From: Candidatus Marinacidobacterium sp.
GTDB lineage: Bacteria > Acidobacteriota > Vicinamibacteria > Marinacidobacterales > Marinacidobacteraceae
Direction of reading: 5' to 3'
Length of the DNA: 64,000 nucleotides
Assembly: GCA_965220965.1 (NCBI GenBank)
Contig: OZ244852.1
Location: forward strand, 768,001-832,000
Part shown: positions 1-12,122 of the stretch, one piece after another
Position numbering within the stretch: position 1 is the stretch's first letter
How the letters are laid out: every line of letters begins with the position of its first letter
The notes under the pieces: model-generated
Told to the model about the DNA's origin: nothing
The model's database searches: none
What the model saw: only the letters and a program-made list of their open reading frames with translations
Translations under genes and position numbers: made by a program

Positions 1-120
1 CGTGTCGTCGGACGCCTCCGGCTCGGCGGGGGGCGCGCCGGCGCAGCCGGCGAAGGCCAGCGCGAGGGCGCCGGCGAGGAGAAGCAGCGGAAGGGACCGG
101 GATCCGGCGGAGAGGGGCAT
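1..120 (-). CDS. N-terminus of a predicted lipoprotein (gene runs off the left edge)
   Basis: Reverse strand reads AGGAG..ATG at 120, then MPLSAGSRSLPLLLLAGALALAFAGC-AGAPPAEPEASDDT: hydrophobic signal with FAGC lipobox. Not in the ORF track because it is truncated. Confidence 0.7.
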   Translation of the reverse strand, partial: MPLSAGSRSLPLLLLAGALALAFAGCAGAPPAEPEASDDT

Positions 121-287
121 GGACGAACTCCTGATTTGACGGCGTCGGGCCATGAAACGGCCGCCCGGCGCGGCGGCCGATGATACATTCCGGGTTGTCC
201 GGGACCTACCGGGCCGAAGGGTCCCGGGAGCGCGCTCCGAGCTCCCTTCGGGAGTCCGGGGATTCCGGTCAGCGGGGGGGCGATGTA

Positions 288-1616
288 GTGCACTCTGTCT
301 TCCGTTACGACCTCGCCGGACGCCTCGGCGCCGACGGGGTGGCGATCGAGGACGCGCTGGTTCAGGCCGGGGCCGGGACGCCCGCCTACGTCTACTCCTC
401 GGACGCCGTCGAGGCGCGGTTCCTCGGTTTCCGCGACGCCCTCCGGGGGGCGCTGCGACGCGAGGACCCGCTGGCCGCCGACCCGCTGGTCGCGGTCGCG
501 GTCAAGGCGAACGCGCAGCCGGCCCTGCTCGCCCGCCTCGCCGGCCGGGGGGCTGGCGCCGAGGTCGTTTCGGCGGCCGAACGGCTCGTCGCGGACGGGG
601 TCGGATTCCCGCCGGACCGGGTCGTTTTGTCGGGAGTCGGCAAGACGGTCGGCGATGTGGACACCGCGCTCCGGCTGGGAGTGCGGTTCGTCTCCGTGGA
701 ATCGGCGCCCGAACTCGACCTGCTCGACGCCCGGGCCCGGCGCCTCGGAGTGCGGGCCTCCGCGGCGCTCCGGCTGAACCCGGGGCTCGAGCCGTACACC
801 CATCCCAAACTGGCCACCGGAGCGGCGGAGACCAAGTTCGGGATCGGGGCGGACGAAATCATCCGGATCGTGGAGAGCCGGGAGAGCTGGCCCGCGGTGG
901 ACATCATCGGGGCGCACTCGCACCTCGGCTCCCAGATCGACGGCCTCGCCGGGCTCGAAGCCAACGCCCGCGGGGTGGGCGAGGTGTTCGGCGGGCTCGC
1001 CCGCAGCGGCGTCCCGCTTCGGCTGGTGGACCTCGGGGGCGGCCTCGGGATCCCGCAACAGGACGCCGAGCCCGAGACCTCCTTCGAGGAATACGCCGCC
1101 GCGGTCGTGGGCGCCCTTCGGGAAGCCGCGGGCGGCCTCCCCTTCGAGCTCGTCGCGGAGCCGGGGCGCGCTCTGTTCGGCCCCGCCGGCGTGCTCGTGA
1201 CCCGCGTGCTCCACCTCAAGCGCTCGGGAGGCCGGGAGTTCGTGGTGGTCGACTCGGGAATGAACGATTTCCTGCGTCCCGCGATGTACGACGCCCACCA
1301 CCGCATCCTGCCGCTCCGCCGCCGCGAGGGGGAGGCGCGCCGCTTCGATGTGGTCGGCGGGGTGTGCGAGACCGGCGACTTCTTCGCCCGCGACCGGCCC
1401 CTGGCGCCGCCCGAGCCCGGGGACCTGCTCGCGGTGCTCGACGCCGGGGCCTACGGGTACTCGCTGGCCTCCAACATCAATCTCCGTCCGAGGCCCGCCG
1501 AGGTGGTCGTGGAGGGAGGGCGGGCGCACCTCGCCCGGCCCGCCGAAACGCCGGAGCAACTGGCCGACGAGGTGCTGGGGCGGACCATGGCCCCGACCGG
1601 GGAGTCGCTGCGGTGA
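288..1616 (+). CDS. lysA: Diaminopimelate decarboxylase
   Basis: GTPAYVY, AVKAN (PLP Lys), HSHLGSQI, DLGGGLG, EPGR, RPAMY, GGVCETGD, GAYG motifs. ORF is open from 180; GTG at 288 chosen by expected family length. Confidence 0.93.
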   Translation: MHSVFRYDLAGRLGADGVAIEDALVQAGAGTPAYVYSSDAVEARFLGFRDALRGALRREDPLAADPLVAVAVKANAQPALLARLAGRGAGAEVVSAAERLVADGVGFPPDRVVLSGVGKTVGDVDTALRLGVRFVSVESAPELDLLDARARRLGVRASAALRLNPGLEPYTHPKLATGAAETKFGIGADEIIRIVESRESWPAVDIIGAHSHLGSQIDGLAGLEANARGVGEVFGGLARSGVPLRLVDLGGGLGIPQQDAEPETSFEEYAAAVVGALREAAGGLPFELVAEPGRALFGPAGVLVTRVLHLKRSGGREFVVVDSGMNDFLRPAMYDAHHRILPLRRREGEARRFDVVGGVCETGDFFARDRPLAPPEPGDLLAVLDAGAYGYSLASNINLRPRPAEVVVEGGRAHLARPAETPEQLADEVLGRTMAPTGESLR

Positions 1617-2134
1617 ACCGTCCGCCGCCCCTCCCGCCGGTGCGGTGGTGGCTCGTGGCGGCGCTCGGCGTGGTTGCGGCCACCTTCGCCTGGCTGGCGT
1701 TCGGCCGGACCGCGGACCCGGCCGAGTACCTCCTCGCGCTGGGCCTGGTGGCGCTCTTCACGCCGCTGAAGGCGCTCATGATCCGCTGGCTCGACGGGCG
1801 CCGGCCCTACCAGTCGGCGTTCGCCGCGTCCATGTTCTCCATCTTCGTGGGGATGTGGTTCGACCCTCCGCTGAACATCTGGCCGCTCCTCTTCCGCAGC
1901 ACCGCAGTGACCGCCGTCCTCGAGATCCTGCCCCTGTTCGCCTTCCGCACCTCGAGCCGCCCGGTCCGCCTCGTGCTGATCTCCACCTACATGAGCATGG
2001 TGGTCCATCTGCTCTCGGTCGGCTTCGTGCTCATCCCGCGGTCGCCCCTGATCGGGCTCGGCCTCATGGCCGCCGGGGTGGGCGTCCTGCTGACGCCGCT
2101 GTTCCTGCGGCGCTGGGCGCTCGGAACCCGCTGA
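1613..2134 (+). CDS. Hypothetical multi-pass membrane protein (~173 aa)
   Basis: GTG overlaps the lysA stop (GTGA); about 6 hydrophobic segments; forms the C-terminal part of ORF 152..2134. Confidence 0.75.
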   Translation: MNRPPPLPPVRWWLVAALGVVAATFAWLAFGRTADPAEYLLALGLVALFTPLKALMIRWLDGRRPYQSAFAASMFSIFVGMWFDPPLNIWPLLFRSTAVTAVLEILPLFAFRTSSRPVRLVLISTYMSMVVHLLSVGFVLIPRSPLIGLGLMAAGVGVLLTPLFLRRWALGTR

Positions 2135-2265
2135 CGAACGCGAAAGTCACAGTCCGGCGATCACCGGTTCGGGCTGCTCCGCGGGGTTCTCCCGCCGACG
2201 CTTCCCCGCTCATCGCACGGTGAAGCCCGCGTTGGGTCGGGGCTCGAGAGGTTGGGGGAGGGTCT

Positions 2266-2340
2266 GGGAGGGGGATACCCCCTCCCGCAATTCGTACTGC
2301 GGAATCGGAACCTGGCGTGAGCAGGTTCCGATCCCCGGCC
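2266..2340 (+). repeat. Structured intergenic repeat, copy 1 (H1 GGGAGGGGG-ATA-CCCCCTCCC; H2 ATCGGAACCTG-GCGTGAG-CAGGTTCCGAT)
   Basis: Direct sequence and structure match to copies at about 26844-27100 and 62540-62735. Confidence 0.8.
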
Positions 2341-2341
2341 C

Positions 2342-3619
2342 TCAATCCGGGCCGGCGGCGCGTGGCGCCCGCGGGGGCGGGGCCTCGCTGCGGATCGAGC
2401 CCACCGTCATCAGCAGCAGATCCACATCGCCGTCCCCGAAGCTGCCGTCGGCGGTGGCGGTCCCCACGATCCGGGCGGTCCGCCAGAGCTCCGCCAGACC
2501 CACGCGCCCCTCGCGGTTCAGCTCGGTCAAGGACTCGAAGGCCGCCCCGAGTTCCTGACTCCGGGTATCGGCGTTCTCGGCGAGCGATTCGATCGCGATC
2601 CGTCGCATCGTCTCGATCGCGGCCGCCCGGTGCGAGCCCGGGTTCGCCAGGTAACCGAGCAGCACGAAGACCCCCGAGGCGATGAACAGGCCGGAGACGA
2701 GGGCGCCGGCGAGGACCAGCAGGCCAAGCCGGCGGCGGCCGGCGGGCACCGTGCGCAGCTCGCTCCCGAGGGCGAGCGTCCCGGGGGGAGGCGTCGGGAG
2801 CCACGGCTCGGGAGCGTCTTCCGCCGCGGCGCGGGCCGTCGCGCGGCGCCGGGCGCCGGCGTCCTCGTCGCTGCGCAGGTAGACCGCCAGCCCGATCCCC
2901 AGAATCGCCACCGCCGGGACCAGCACGCCGGCGGGGACCCAGACCGGGTCGGCCAGCGTCTCCAGCCCGCCCAGGTTGAAGAGCAGGAGCGCGGTCAGGT
3001 TGTGGAAGAAGTGGATCGAGATCGGAACCAGGATGCTGCGGGTGGTGAGCGCGGTCAGCGCGAGGATGACGCCGGCGACGAAGTAGTTCGGCAGCAACAG
3101 GCCGTGCATCGCGGTGAAGAGCAGCGCGGACACCACGATCGCGCCGGTGCGCCCGAGGCGGCGCAGGCCGGTCAGGATCACTCCGCGGAACAGCAGCTCC
3201 TCGGAGACCGCGGCGCCGAAGCAGACGCCGCCGAGCAGAACGATCCACGAGAACCAACCGTCGGCCCGCACCATCTCGGCGATGGCGCGCATCGTCTCCT
3301 CGTCGATCGGAATGACCTGGCGGCTCAGGCTGGCGAGCTGGTCGCTGACCACGAAGAGCGACAGCGCCACCGGGACCGAGAGCAGGAGATGGCCGTTCTT
3401 CGCCGGGCGAAGCTGGAGCGCCCGGTAGGGGCGGAGCCGGAAGACCCGGACGGCGCCGACGGCCACCAGCAGCGTCGCCGCCGGCGCGGCCAGAACGGCG
3501 ACCTCGACCGGGAGGCCGGTCCGGCTGATGAAGACCCCGATCGCGATGATCGCGGCGAACGCGCACAGGAAGACCGCGAGGGCCTGGGAGACGGTGGCGA
3601 GGCCGGGGCGGTTCTTCAA
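2342..3619 (-). CDS. CPBP/CAAX (Abi) family intramembrane metalloprotease with C-terminal extension
   Basis: EELLFRG, FTAMH and IHFFHN motifs in a multi-TM protein. Confidence 0.85.
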   Translation of the reverse strand: MKNRPGLATVSQALAVFLCAFAAIIAIGVFISRTGLPVEVAVLAAPAATLLVAVGAVRVFRLRPYRALQLRPAKNGHLLLSVPVALSLFVVSDQLASLSRQVIPIDEETMRAIAEMVRADGWFSWIVLLGGVCFGAAVSEELLFRGVILTGLRRLGRTGAIVVSALLFTAMHGLLLPNYFVAGVILALTALTTRSILVPISIHFFHNLTALLLFNLGGLETLADPVWVPAGVLVPAVAILGIGLAVYLRSDEDAGARRRATARAAAEDAPEPWLPTPPPGTLALGSELRTVPAGRRRLGLLVLAGALVSGLFIASGVFVLLGYLANPGSHRAAAIETMRRIAIESLAENADTRSQELGAAFESLTELNREGRVGLAELWRTARIVGTATADGSFGDGDVDLLLMTVGSIRSEAPPPRAPRAAGPD

Positions 3620-3635
3620 GCTTCCGGAACCGGGG

Positions 3636-3644
3636 TGCTAAGTT
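3636..3644 (+). promoter_or_regulatory. Extended -10 element (TG-C-TAAGTT), 7 nt before ATG 3652; probable leaderless promoter of the PGPGW-ligA operon
   Basis: TGnTANNNT in a very GC-rich background, with no SD before the ATG. Confidence 0.5.
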
Positions 3645-3651
3645 GACTGCG

Positions 3652-6674
<3,023 letters not shown>

Positions 6675-6683
6675 TGTCCGGCG

Positions 6684-6878
6684 ATGGCGTCTTTCCTTCT
6701 CTGGCTCCTCCTGTTCGTGGTCTGCTGGCCGCTCGCGCTGCTGGCGCTCGTCCTGTATCCGGTGGTCTGGCTCCTTCTGCTGCCGTTCCGGCTGCTGGGG
6801 GTGGCGGTGGACGGGGTGTTCTCGCTGCTGAAGTCGGTCTTCCTGCTTCCGGCGCGGGTGCTCGGCGGACGCGCCTGA
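6684..6878 (+). CDS. Small hydrophobic membrane protein (64 aa)
   Basis: MASFLLWLLLFVVCWPLALLALVLYPVVWLLLLPFRLLG...; two TM helices, fills the gap between ligA and the amidase. Confidence 0.75.
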   Translation: MASFLLWLLLFVVCWPLALLALVLYPVVWLLLLPFRLLGVAVDGVFSLLKSVFLLPARVLGGRA

Positions 6879-6909
6879 GCCGGCGCGGTCGCGCTCCCGG
6901 GCGGCCGGT

Positions 6910-8463
6910 GTGACCCGCGGCGCCTCCCCGGAGGCCGTCTCCCCGCCCGAGGTCGAGGAGCGGATCCAGGCGCTTCGGCGGAACCTCGAGGAGGCGGGCG
7001 CGCTCCTCGACCGGCTGCCGGAGGCGCCCGAGCCGCTGACCGCGGGGGAGCTCGCGGCGCTCGGGGCGTCCCGGCGGGGAGACGCTCCCGTCGTAGTGCC
7101 GCCGCCGCGCTTCGCGCCGGCCGGGAGCCTGGTTGCGGCGACCGGGGCGGTCCGCTCCGGGAAGGTCTCGGCCGTCGAACTCGTCGAGGAGGCGCTGGCG
7201 CGGGCGGAAGCGGCCTCCGACCTGAACGCCTTCGTGCTGCTGCGGGCCGAAGCGGTCGAGGACGCCCGCCGACGCGACGCCGCCGAAGACGGCCCGCTGC
7301 AGGGCGCTCCGCTCAGCGTCAAGGACATCGTGGATGTGGCGGGGCTCCCGACGACGTCCGGTTCGAAGTTCCCGCGCGACGCGGCGGTGAGCGCCCCCGC
7401 CTGGAAGTCGCTGGAAGCGGCGGGCGCCGTCCTTCTGGGGAAGAACAACCTCGTCGAGTTCGCGTTCGGTGTCCACGGGCTGAACCCCACCTTCGGCCGG
7501 ACGCGGAACCCGCGCGATCCGGCGCGCATTCCCGGGGGTTCGTCCTCCGGCTCGGCGGCCGCGGTCGCCGCCGGGATCGGCTACGGCTCGGTGGGCACCG
7601 ACACCGGCGGCTCGATCCGGATCCCTGCGGCGCTGACCGGGGTGTTCGGGCTGAAGCCGACCTACGGGGCGGTCTCCCGCGCCGGGGTGACGCCGCTCTC
7701 GTGGAGCCTCGACCACGTCGGGCCGCTGGCGCGGACGGCGGCCGACCTCGATCTCCTCTGGAGCGTCATGGGGCCGCGCCCGGTGGCGGCGCTGGAGCCC
7801 CCGAAGTCCGGGTCGAGACCGCTTCGCGGCGTCCGGATCGGCGTTCCGGAGAACCACTTCTTCACCGACCTGATCCGTCCGGCCCGTGAGGCGACGGAGC
7901 GTGTGGCGAGGGCGCTCGTACGCCTCGGCGCCGAGCGGGTCCGGGTCGAAGTCCCCGAGGTGGAACTCGCGGGGCCGGCTCGGACCGCGATCGCTTTCGC
8001 CGAGGCCGCGAGCGTCCACTCCCTGCGGCTGAAGACCCGGCCGCGGGACCTGAGCCCGGAGGTCGCGACGCTTCTTCGGGTCGGCCAGCGCCTGACCGCT
8101 TCCGACGTTCTCACCGCGCTCCGGGTCCGGCGGCTGGTCACCGAGGCCCTCGACCGGGTGTTCGGCGCCGTGGATGTCCTGCTGACTCCCACCGCGCCCG
8201 CCGGGGCGCCCCGGGCGGGAGAGCCCCTGCTCGCCACCGGGGAGCCGCTCCGGACCGGGCTCATGCGGTTCGTCGGCCCCTTCAACCTGAGCGGGCATCC
8301 GGCGCTCTCGCTGCCCGCGGGCGCCGACGACTCCGGAATGCCCCTCGGCGCGCAGCTCGTGGGGCCGCTCGCCGGTGAGTCCACGATTCTCCGGCTCGCC
8401 GGGTTCCTCGAGGCGGCCGGCGAGCTTCCCGCGGCCGAGGGCGGGGAGGGAGCCTCGGAGTAG
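6910..8463 (+). CDS. Amidase-signature family enzyme (GatA/AtzE-like)
   Basis: GPLQGAPLSVKD (catalytic Lys) and GGSSSGSAAAVAAG..GTDTGGSIRIPAAL Ser-cisSer-Lys signature. Confidence 0.92.
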   Translation: MTRGASPEAVSPPEVEERIQALRRNLEEAGALLDRLPEAPEPLTAGELAALGASRRGDAPVVVPPPRFAPAGSLVAATGAVRSGKVSAVELVEEALARAEAASDLNAFVLLRAEAVEDARRRDAAEDGPLQGAPLSVKDIVDVAGLPTTSGSKFPRDAAVSAPAWKSLEAAGAVLLGKNNLVEFAFGVHGLNPTFGRTRNPRDPARIPGGSSSGSAAAVAAGIGYGSVGTDTGGSIRIPAALTGVFGLKPTYGAVSRAGVTPLSWSLDHVGPLARTAADLDLLWSVMGPRPVAALEPPKSGSRPLRGVRIGVPENHFFTDLIRPAREATERVARALVRLGAERVRVEVPEVELAGPARTAIAFAEAASVHSLRLKTRPRDLSPEVATLLRVGQRLTASDVLTALRVRRLVTEALDRVFGAVDVLLTPTAPAGAPRAGEPLLATGEPLRTGLMRFVGPFNLSGHPALSLPAGADDSGMPLGAQLVGPLAGESTILRLAGFLEAAGELPAAEGGEGASE

Positions 8464-8473
8464 GATTGGGCCG

Positions 8474-9259
8474 ATGCTGCTCGAGGGAAAGCGCGGACTC
8501 ATCGTCGGCGTGGCGAACCGTCGTTCGTTCGCCTGGGGGATCGCCCGCTCGGCTTCCCGGGAGGGCGCCGCGCTCGCGTTGAGCTTCCAGAACGAACGAT
8601 TGGCAAGGAACGTGGACAAGCTGGCGGAGCAGATCCCCGGCGCGATCACCCTGCCGCTGGATGTCGCGGAGGACGCCTCGCTGGACGCGGCGCGGGACCT
8701 CGTCGCGGAGCGCCTCGGCGGGCTCGACTTCCTCGTCCACTCGGTCGCCTTCGCGCAACGCGAAGACCTGGTTGGGGATTTCCTGTCCACCTCCCGCGAG
8801 GGCTTCGCCGTCGCGCACGAGATTTCGGCGTTCTCGCTGACCGCGCTCGCGCAGCGCTTCGCACCGCTCCTCGAGGCCGACGGAGGCGGCGCGGCGCTCA
8901 CGCTCAGCTACCTCGGAGGCGAGCGCGCGGTGCCCCACTACAACGTCATGGGGGTGGCCAAGGCGGCGCTCGAGTCCTCGGTGCGGTACCTGGCGAGCGA
9001 GCTCGGGCCACGGGGCATCCGGGTGAACGCGATCTCGGCGGGCCCCGCCCGGACGCTTGCGGCTTCGGCGGTGGCGGGGATCGGCCGGATGGTCGACCAC
9101 TACCAGACCTACGCCCCGCTGCGCGCGGGGACCGATCCGCTCGAGGTGGGGGACGCCGCCGCGTTCCTCCTCTCGGATCACGCTCGCGGCGTCACCGGGG
9201 AGGTGCTCCACGTGGACAGCGGATTCCACGCCATCGGCGCCCAGATTCCCGGGATGTGA
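8474..9259 (+). CDS. fabI: Enoyl-ACP reductase (NADH)
   Basis: LEGKRGLIVGVANRRS.AWGIA, VHSVAFA, YNVMGVAKAALES, RVNAISAGP.RTLAAS, TGEVLHVDSG. Confidence 0.96.
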   Translation: MLLEGKRGLIVGVANRRSFAWGIARSASREGAALALSFQNERLARNVDKLAEQIPGAITLPLDVAEDASLDAARDLVAERLGGLDFLVHSVAFAQREDLVGDFLSTSREGFAVAHEISAFSLTALAQRFAPLLEADGGGAALTLSYLGGERAVPHYNVMGVAKAALESSVRYLASELGPRGIRVNAISAGPARTLAASAVAGIGRMVDHYQTYAPLRAGTDPLEVGDAAAFLLSDHARGVTGEVLHVDSGFHAIGAQIPGM

Positions 9260-10578
9260 CGGTGGCCGGGAGTCGGCGGCCCGCGCCGGACGTTCCCGAA
9301 GACGCGGGAGAGCCTGCGTTTCGGGCTGAGCGGGAGGCGCCGGACGCCGGGCGGGCGCTGATCTACGACTGGAACCGGCCGGACCCGGCGAACGCCTGGT
9401 TCCCGCCGAAGCCGGTCCTGCTGAACGACGAGACGCTGCGGGACGGACTCCAGAGCCCGTCGGTCGTCTCGCCCTCGCTCGACCGGAAGATCGAGGTCCT
9501 CCACCTGATGGAGGAGCTCGGCATCGCCTCGGCGGACATCGGTCTGCCGGCGGCGGGGCCGCATGTCGAGGAGCAGGTCTTCCATCTGGCGCGCGAGATC
9601 GCCGACAACCGGATGAAGATCCGCCCGAACTGCGCCGCCCGGACCCTCGTTCCGGACATCGAGCCCATCGCGCGGGTGTCCGACCGGGTCGGGATCCCGA
9701 TCGAGGTGGCGATGTTCATCGGCTCCAGCCCGATCCGGCAGTACGCCGAGGACTGGGATCTGGACCTGCTGCTGCGCCACACCCGCACCGCGGTCTCCTG
9801 GGCCGCCGCGCACGGCGTTCCCCCGATGTACGTCACCGAGGACACGACCCGCGCCCATCCGGAGAGCGTCCGCCGCCTCTACACCGAGGCGGTCGAGGCC
9901 GGCTCCCGCCGGGTGGTCGTCTGTGACACGGTGGGGCACGCCACGCCCGACGGGGTGACCCGGCTGCTGCGTTTCGTTCGCGAGGTCATCGCCGCCACCG
10001 GGGAAGAGGTCCAGATCGACTGGCACGGTCATCGGGACCGCGGCCTTTCCGTTCCCAACTCGCTGACCGCGATCGAGGCGGGCGCCGACTGCGTTCACGG
10101 CACCGCGATCGGGATCGGCGAGCGATGCGGGAACACGCCGATGGACCAGCTCCTCGTGAACCTGAAGCTCCTTGGCTGGATCCCGAACGACCTCTCGCGC
10201 CTGCGCGACTACTGCCGGGCGGTCGCCGAGGCGACCGGGGTGCCCATCCCCGCCGGCTATCCGGTCGTCGGCAAGGACGCCTTCCGCACCGGGACCGGCG
10301 TCCACGCCGCGGCGATCATCAAGGCGATGGCGAAAGGGGACGACTGGCTCGCCGACCGGGTGTATTCCGGCGTGCCCGCCGGAGACTACGGGCTGCGCCA
10401 GCGCGTCGAAGTGGGTCCGATGAGCGGGCTCTCGAACGTCGTCTACTGGCTGCAGCAGCGCGGCTACGAACCCACCGACGAGCGGAAGCACCGCATCTTC
10501 CGCGCCGCGAAGGAGACGAACCGGATTCTCACCGACGGGGAGATCGAAGCGATCCTCAGCGAGGTCGGCGCCGGTTGA
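9256..10578 (+). CDS. LeuA-family DRE-TIM Claisen synthase (2-isopropylmalate/homocitrate/citramalate synthase-like), no regulatory domain
   Basis: DETLRDGLQ, DTVGH, HGHRDRG, GIGERCGN, GVHAAAI.KA; ends after subdomain II. Confidence 0.85.
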   Translation: MTVAGSRRPAPDVPEDAGEPAFRAEREAPDAGRALIYDWNRPDPANAWFPPKPVLLNDETLRDGLQSPSVVSPSLDRKIEVLHLMEELGIASADIGLPAAGPHVEEQVFHLAREIADNRMKIRPNCAARTLVPDIEPIARVSDRVGIPIEVAMFIGSSPIRQYAEDWDLDLLLRHTRTAVSWAAAHGVPPMYVTEDTTRAHPESVRRLYTEAVEAGSRRVVVCDTVGHATPDGVTRLLRFVREVIAATGEEVQIDWHGHRDRGLSVPNSLTAIEAGADCVHGTAIGIGERCGNTPMDQLLVNLKLLGWIPNDLSRLRDYCRAVAEATGVPIPAGYPVVGKDAFRTGTGVHAAAIIKAMAKGDDWLADRVYSGVPAGDYGLRQRVEVGPMSGLSNVVYWLQQRGYEPTDERKHRIFRAAKETNRILTDGEIEAILSEVGAG

Positions 10579-10597
10579 ACCGCCTCTCCGGACCCCG

Positions 10598-12112
10598 GTG
10601 AAGCGTCCGGCGGCGCGGGCCCCCCGGCCGGCCGTCGCGGTCCAGCTCACCCGGGAGCGCGACGTGCTGCTCGTGCGCCGCTCCCCGGAGCTGCGGGCCT
10701 TTCCGGGGATGTGGGCCTTCCCCGGCGGCAAGGTGGCGGCGGCGGACCGCGAGGCGCCCGTCGAGGGAATCCGGGACGCCGGCGAGGCCGCCCGGCTCGC
10801 GGCGGCGGTGCGCGAGGTCTTCGAGGAGACCGGCGTCTTCCTCGCGCGGGCCGCGCGGCCCCTCGGGACGGACGCCCGGCGGGCGCTTCGGAAGGAGCTG
10901 CTGGCCGGCGCCATCGGGACCGCCGAGCTCCTCGCTCGCGCCGAGGCGCGGATCCACGCCGCAGACTTCGCCGCGGTCGCCGATCGGATGACGCCCGGGT
11001 GGGCGCCGTTCCGGTTTGCGACGCGGTTCTATCGCTGCCGGACGCCCGCGGGCGAGGTTCCCGAGGTGTGGCCCGGCGAGATCGTCGAGACCGCGTCGCT
11101 CACGCCGGCGGCGGCGCTTCGGCGCTGGCTCAACGGTCGGATGCCGCTGGCGCCGCCGGTCATCGGCCTTCTCGAGCGATGGTCGTGGGATGACCGGGAG
11201 TACGAGGGAAGAAACCGCGAAGCGGGCCTTCCCGAGCCGGGCGTCCTGCCGTTGACCCGCGCCTCACCCGGCGTCGCGATCATCGCCTGCCGGACCCCGA
11301 CGCTGCCCCCCGCAACCCATACGAACGCGGTCTTCATCGGGGAGGAGCACTGCTTCCTGGTGGACCCCGCGCCGGTGGATCCCGGGGAACGGGCGGGCCT
11401 CTTCGCCCGGGTGGACCGTCTCCTCGCGGAGCGCGGCGGAAATCTCGCCGCCGTGCTGGTGACCCATCACCATCCGGACCACACCGGGTCCGTGCTTCAG
11501 GCGGCGAGGCGCTACGGCGCGCCGGTCGCCGCCCACCCCGAGACCCTCGCCCGGATGCCGCCGGTCCCCGGCGCCGTGTTGCGGCTCGAGGGCGGCGAGT
11601 CGTTTCCCCTCGGGGCATCGCCCGACGGGAAGCCCGGATGGCGCCTCGCGGTCCGCTTCCTGCCGGGACACGCTCCCGGGCACCTCGCGTTCGTGGAGAA
11701 CCGTTACGGGACGATCCTCGCCGGGGACATGGTGTCCTCGCTCTCCTCGGTGCTGATTCCGCCGGAGGACGGAGACCTCGGCCAGTACATGGAGTCGCTC
11801 CGGGAGCTGGCCGGGGAGTGCGAGGGGGCGGTGGTTCCCGGGCACGGCCCCCCGGTCGTCGAGGGGCGGAGGCTCCTCGAGGGCCAGCTTCGCCACCGCG
11901 AGGCGCGCGAGGAGAAGCTGCTGAAGGCGCTGGGCGCGGCGCCCCTCGGCCTCCGCGAGCTCGGCGTCGAGGTGTATCCCGCCACCGAGGTTCCGGCGTC
12001 GGGACCGGTGCGCGACCTGGCGCTGGCGTCGCTGACCTCGGGGCTCAGGAAACTCGAGCGCGAGGGCAGGGCGGTCCACGACGGCGGCCGTTGGTCCAGG
12101 CCGCCGTCGTAG
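10598..12112 (+). CDS. NUDIX hydrolase fused to an MBL-fold metallo-hydrolase (LACTB2-like)
   Basis: FPGG..D, AAVREVFEETG (Nudix box); TPTLPPATHTN, THHHPDH, PGHAPGH, AGDM, PGHG (MBL motifs); C-terminal winged-helix-like tail. Confidence 0.9.
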   Translation: MKRPAARAPRPAVAVQLTRERDVLLVRRSPELRAFPGMWAFPGGKVAAADREAPVEGIRDAGEAARLAAAVREVFEETGVFLARAARPLGTDARRALRKELLAGAIGTAELLARAEARIHAADFAAVADRMTPGWAPFRFATRFYRCRTPAGEVPEVWPGEIVETASLTPAAALRRWLNGRMPLAPPVIGLLERWSWDDREYEGRNREAGLPEPGVLPLTRASPGVAIIACRTPTLPPATHTNAVFIGEEHCFLVDPAPVDPGERAGLFARVDRLLAERGGNLAAVLVTHHHPDHTGSVLQAARRYGAPVAAHPETLARMPPVPGAVLRLEGGESFPLGASPDGKPGWRLAVRFLPGHAPGHLAFVENRYGTILAGDMVSSLSSVLIPPEDGDLGQYMESLRELAGECEGAVVPGHGPPVVEGRRLLEGQLRHREAREEKLLKALGAAPLGLRELGVEVYPATEVPASGPVRDLALASLTSGLRKLEREGRAVHDGGRWSRPPS

Positions 12113-12122
12113 ACGAGCCGGG

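Noticed and set aside
190-287. Lysine riboswitch upstream of lysA
   Set aside because: Too short, and lacks the conserved lysine-riboswitch core segments.
2266-2340. Repeat hairpins as simple intrinsic terminators
   Set aside because: No poly-T tract follows the stems on either strand; a termination or RNA-stabilising role is not excluded but is unsupported.
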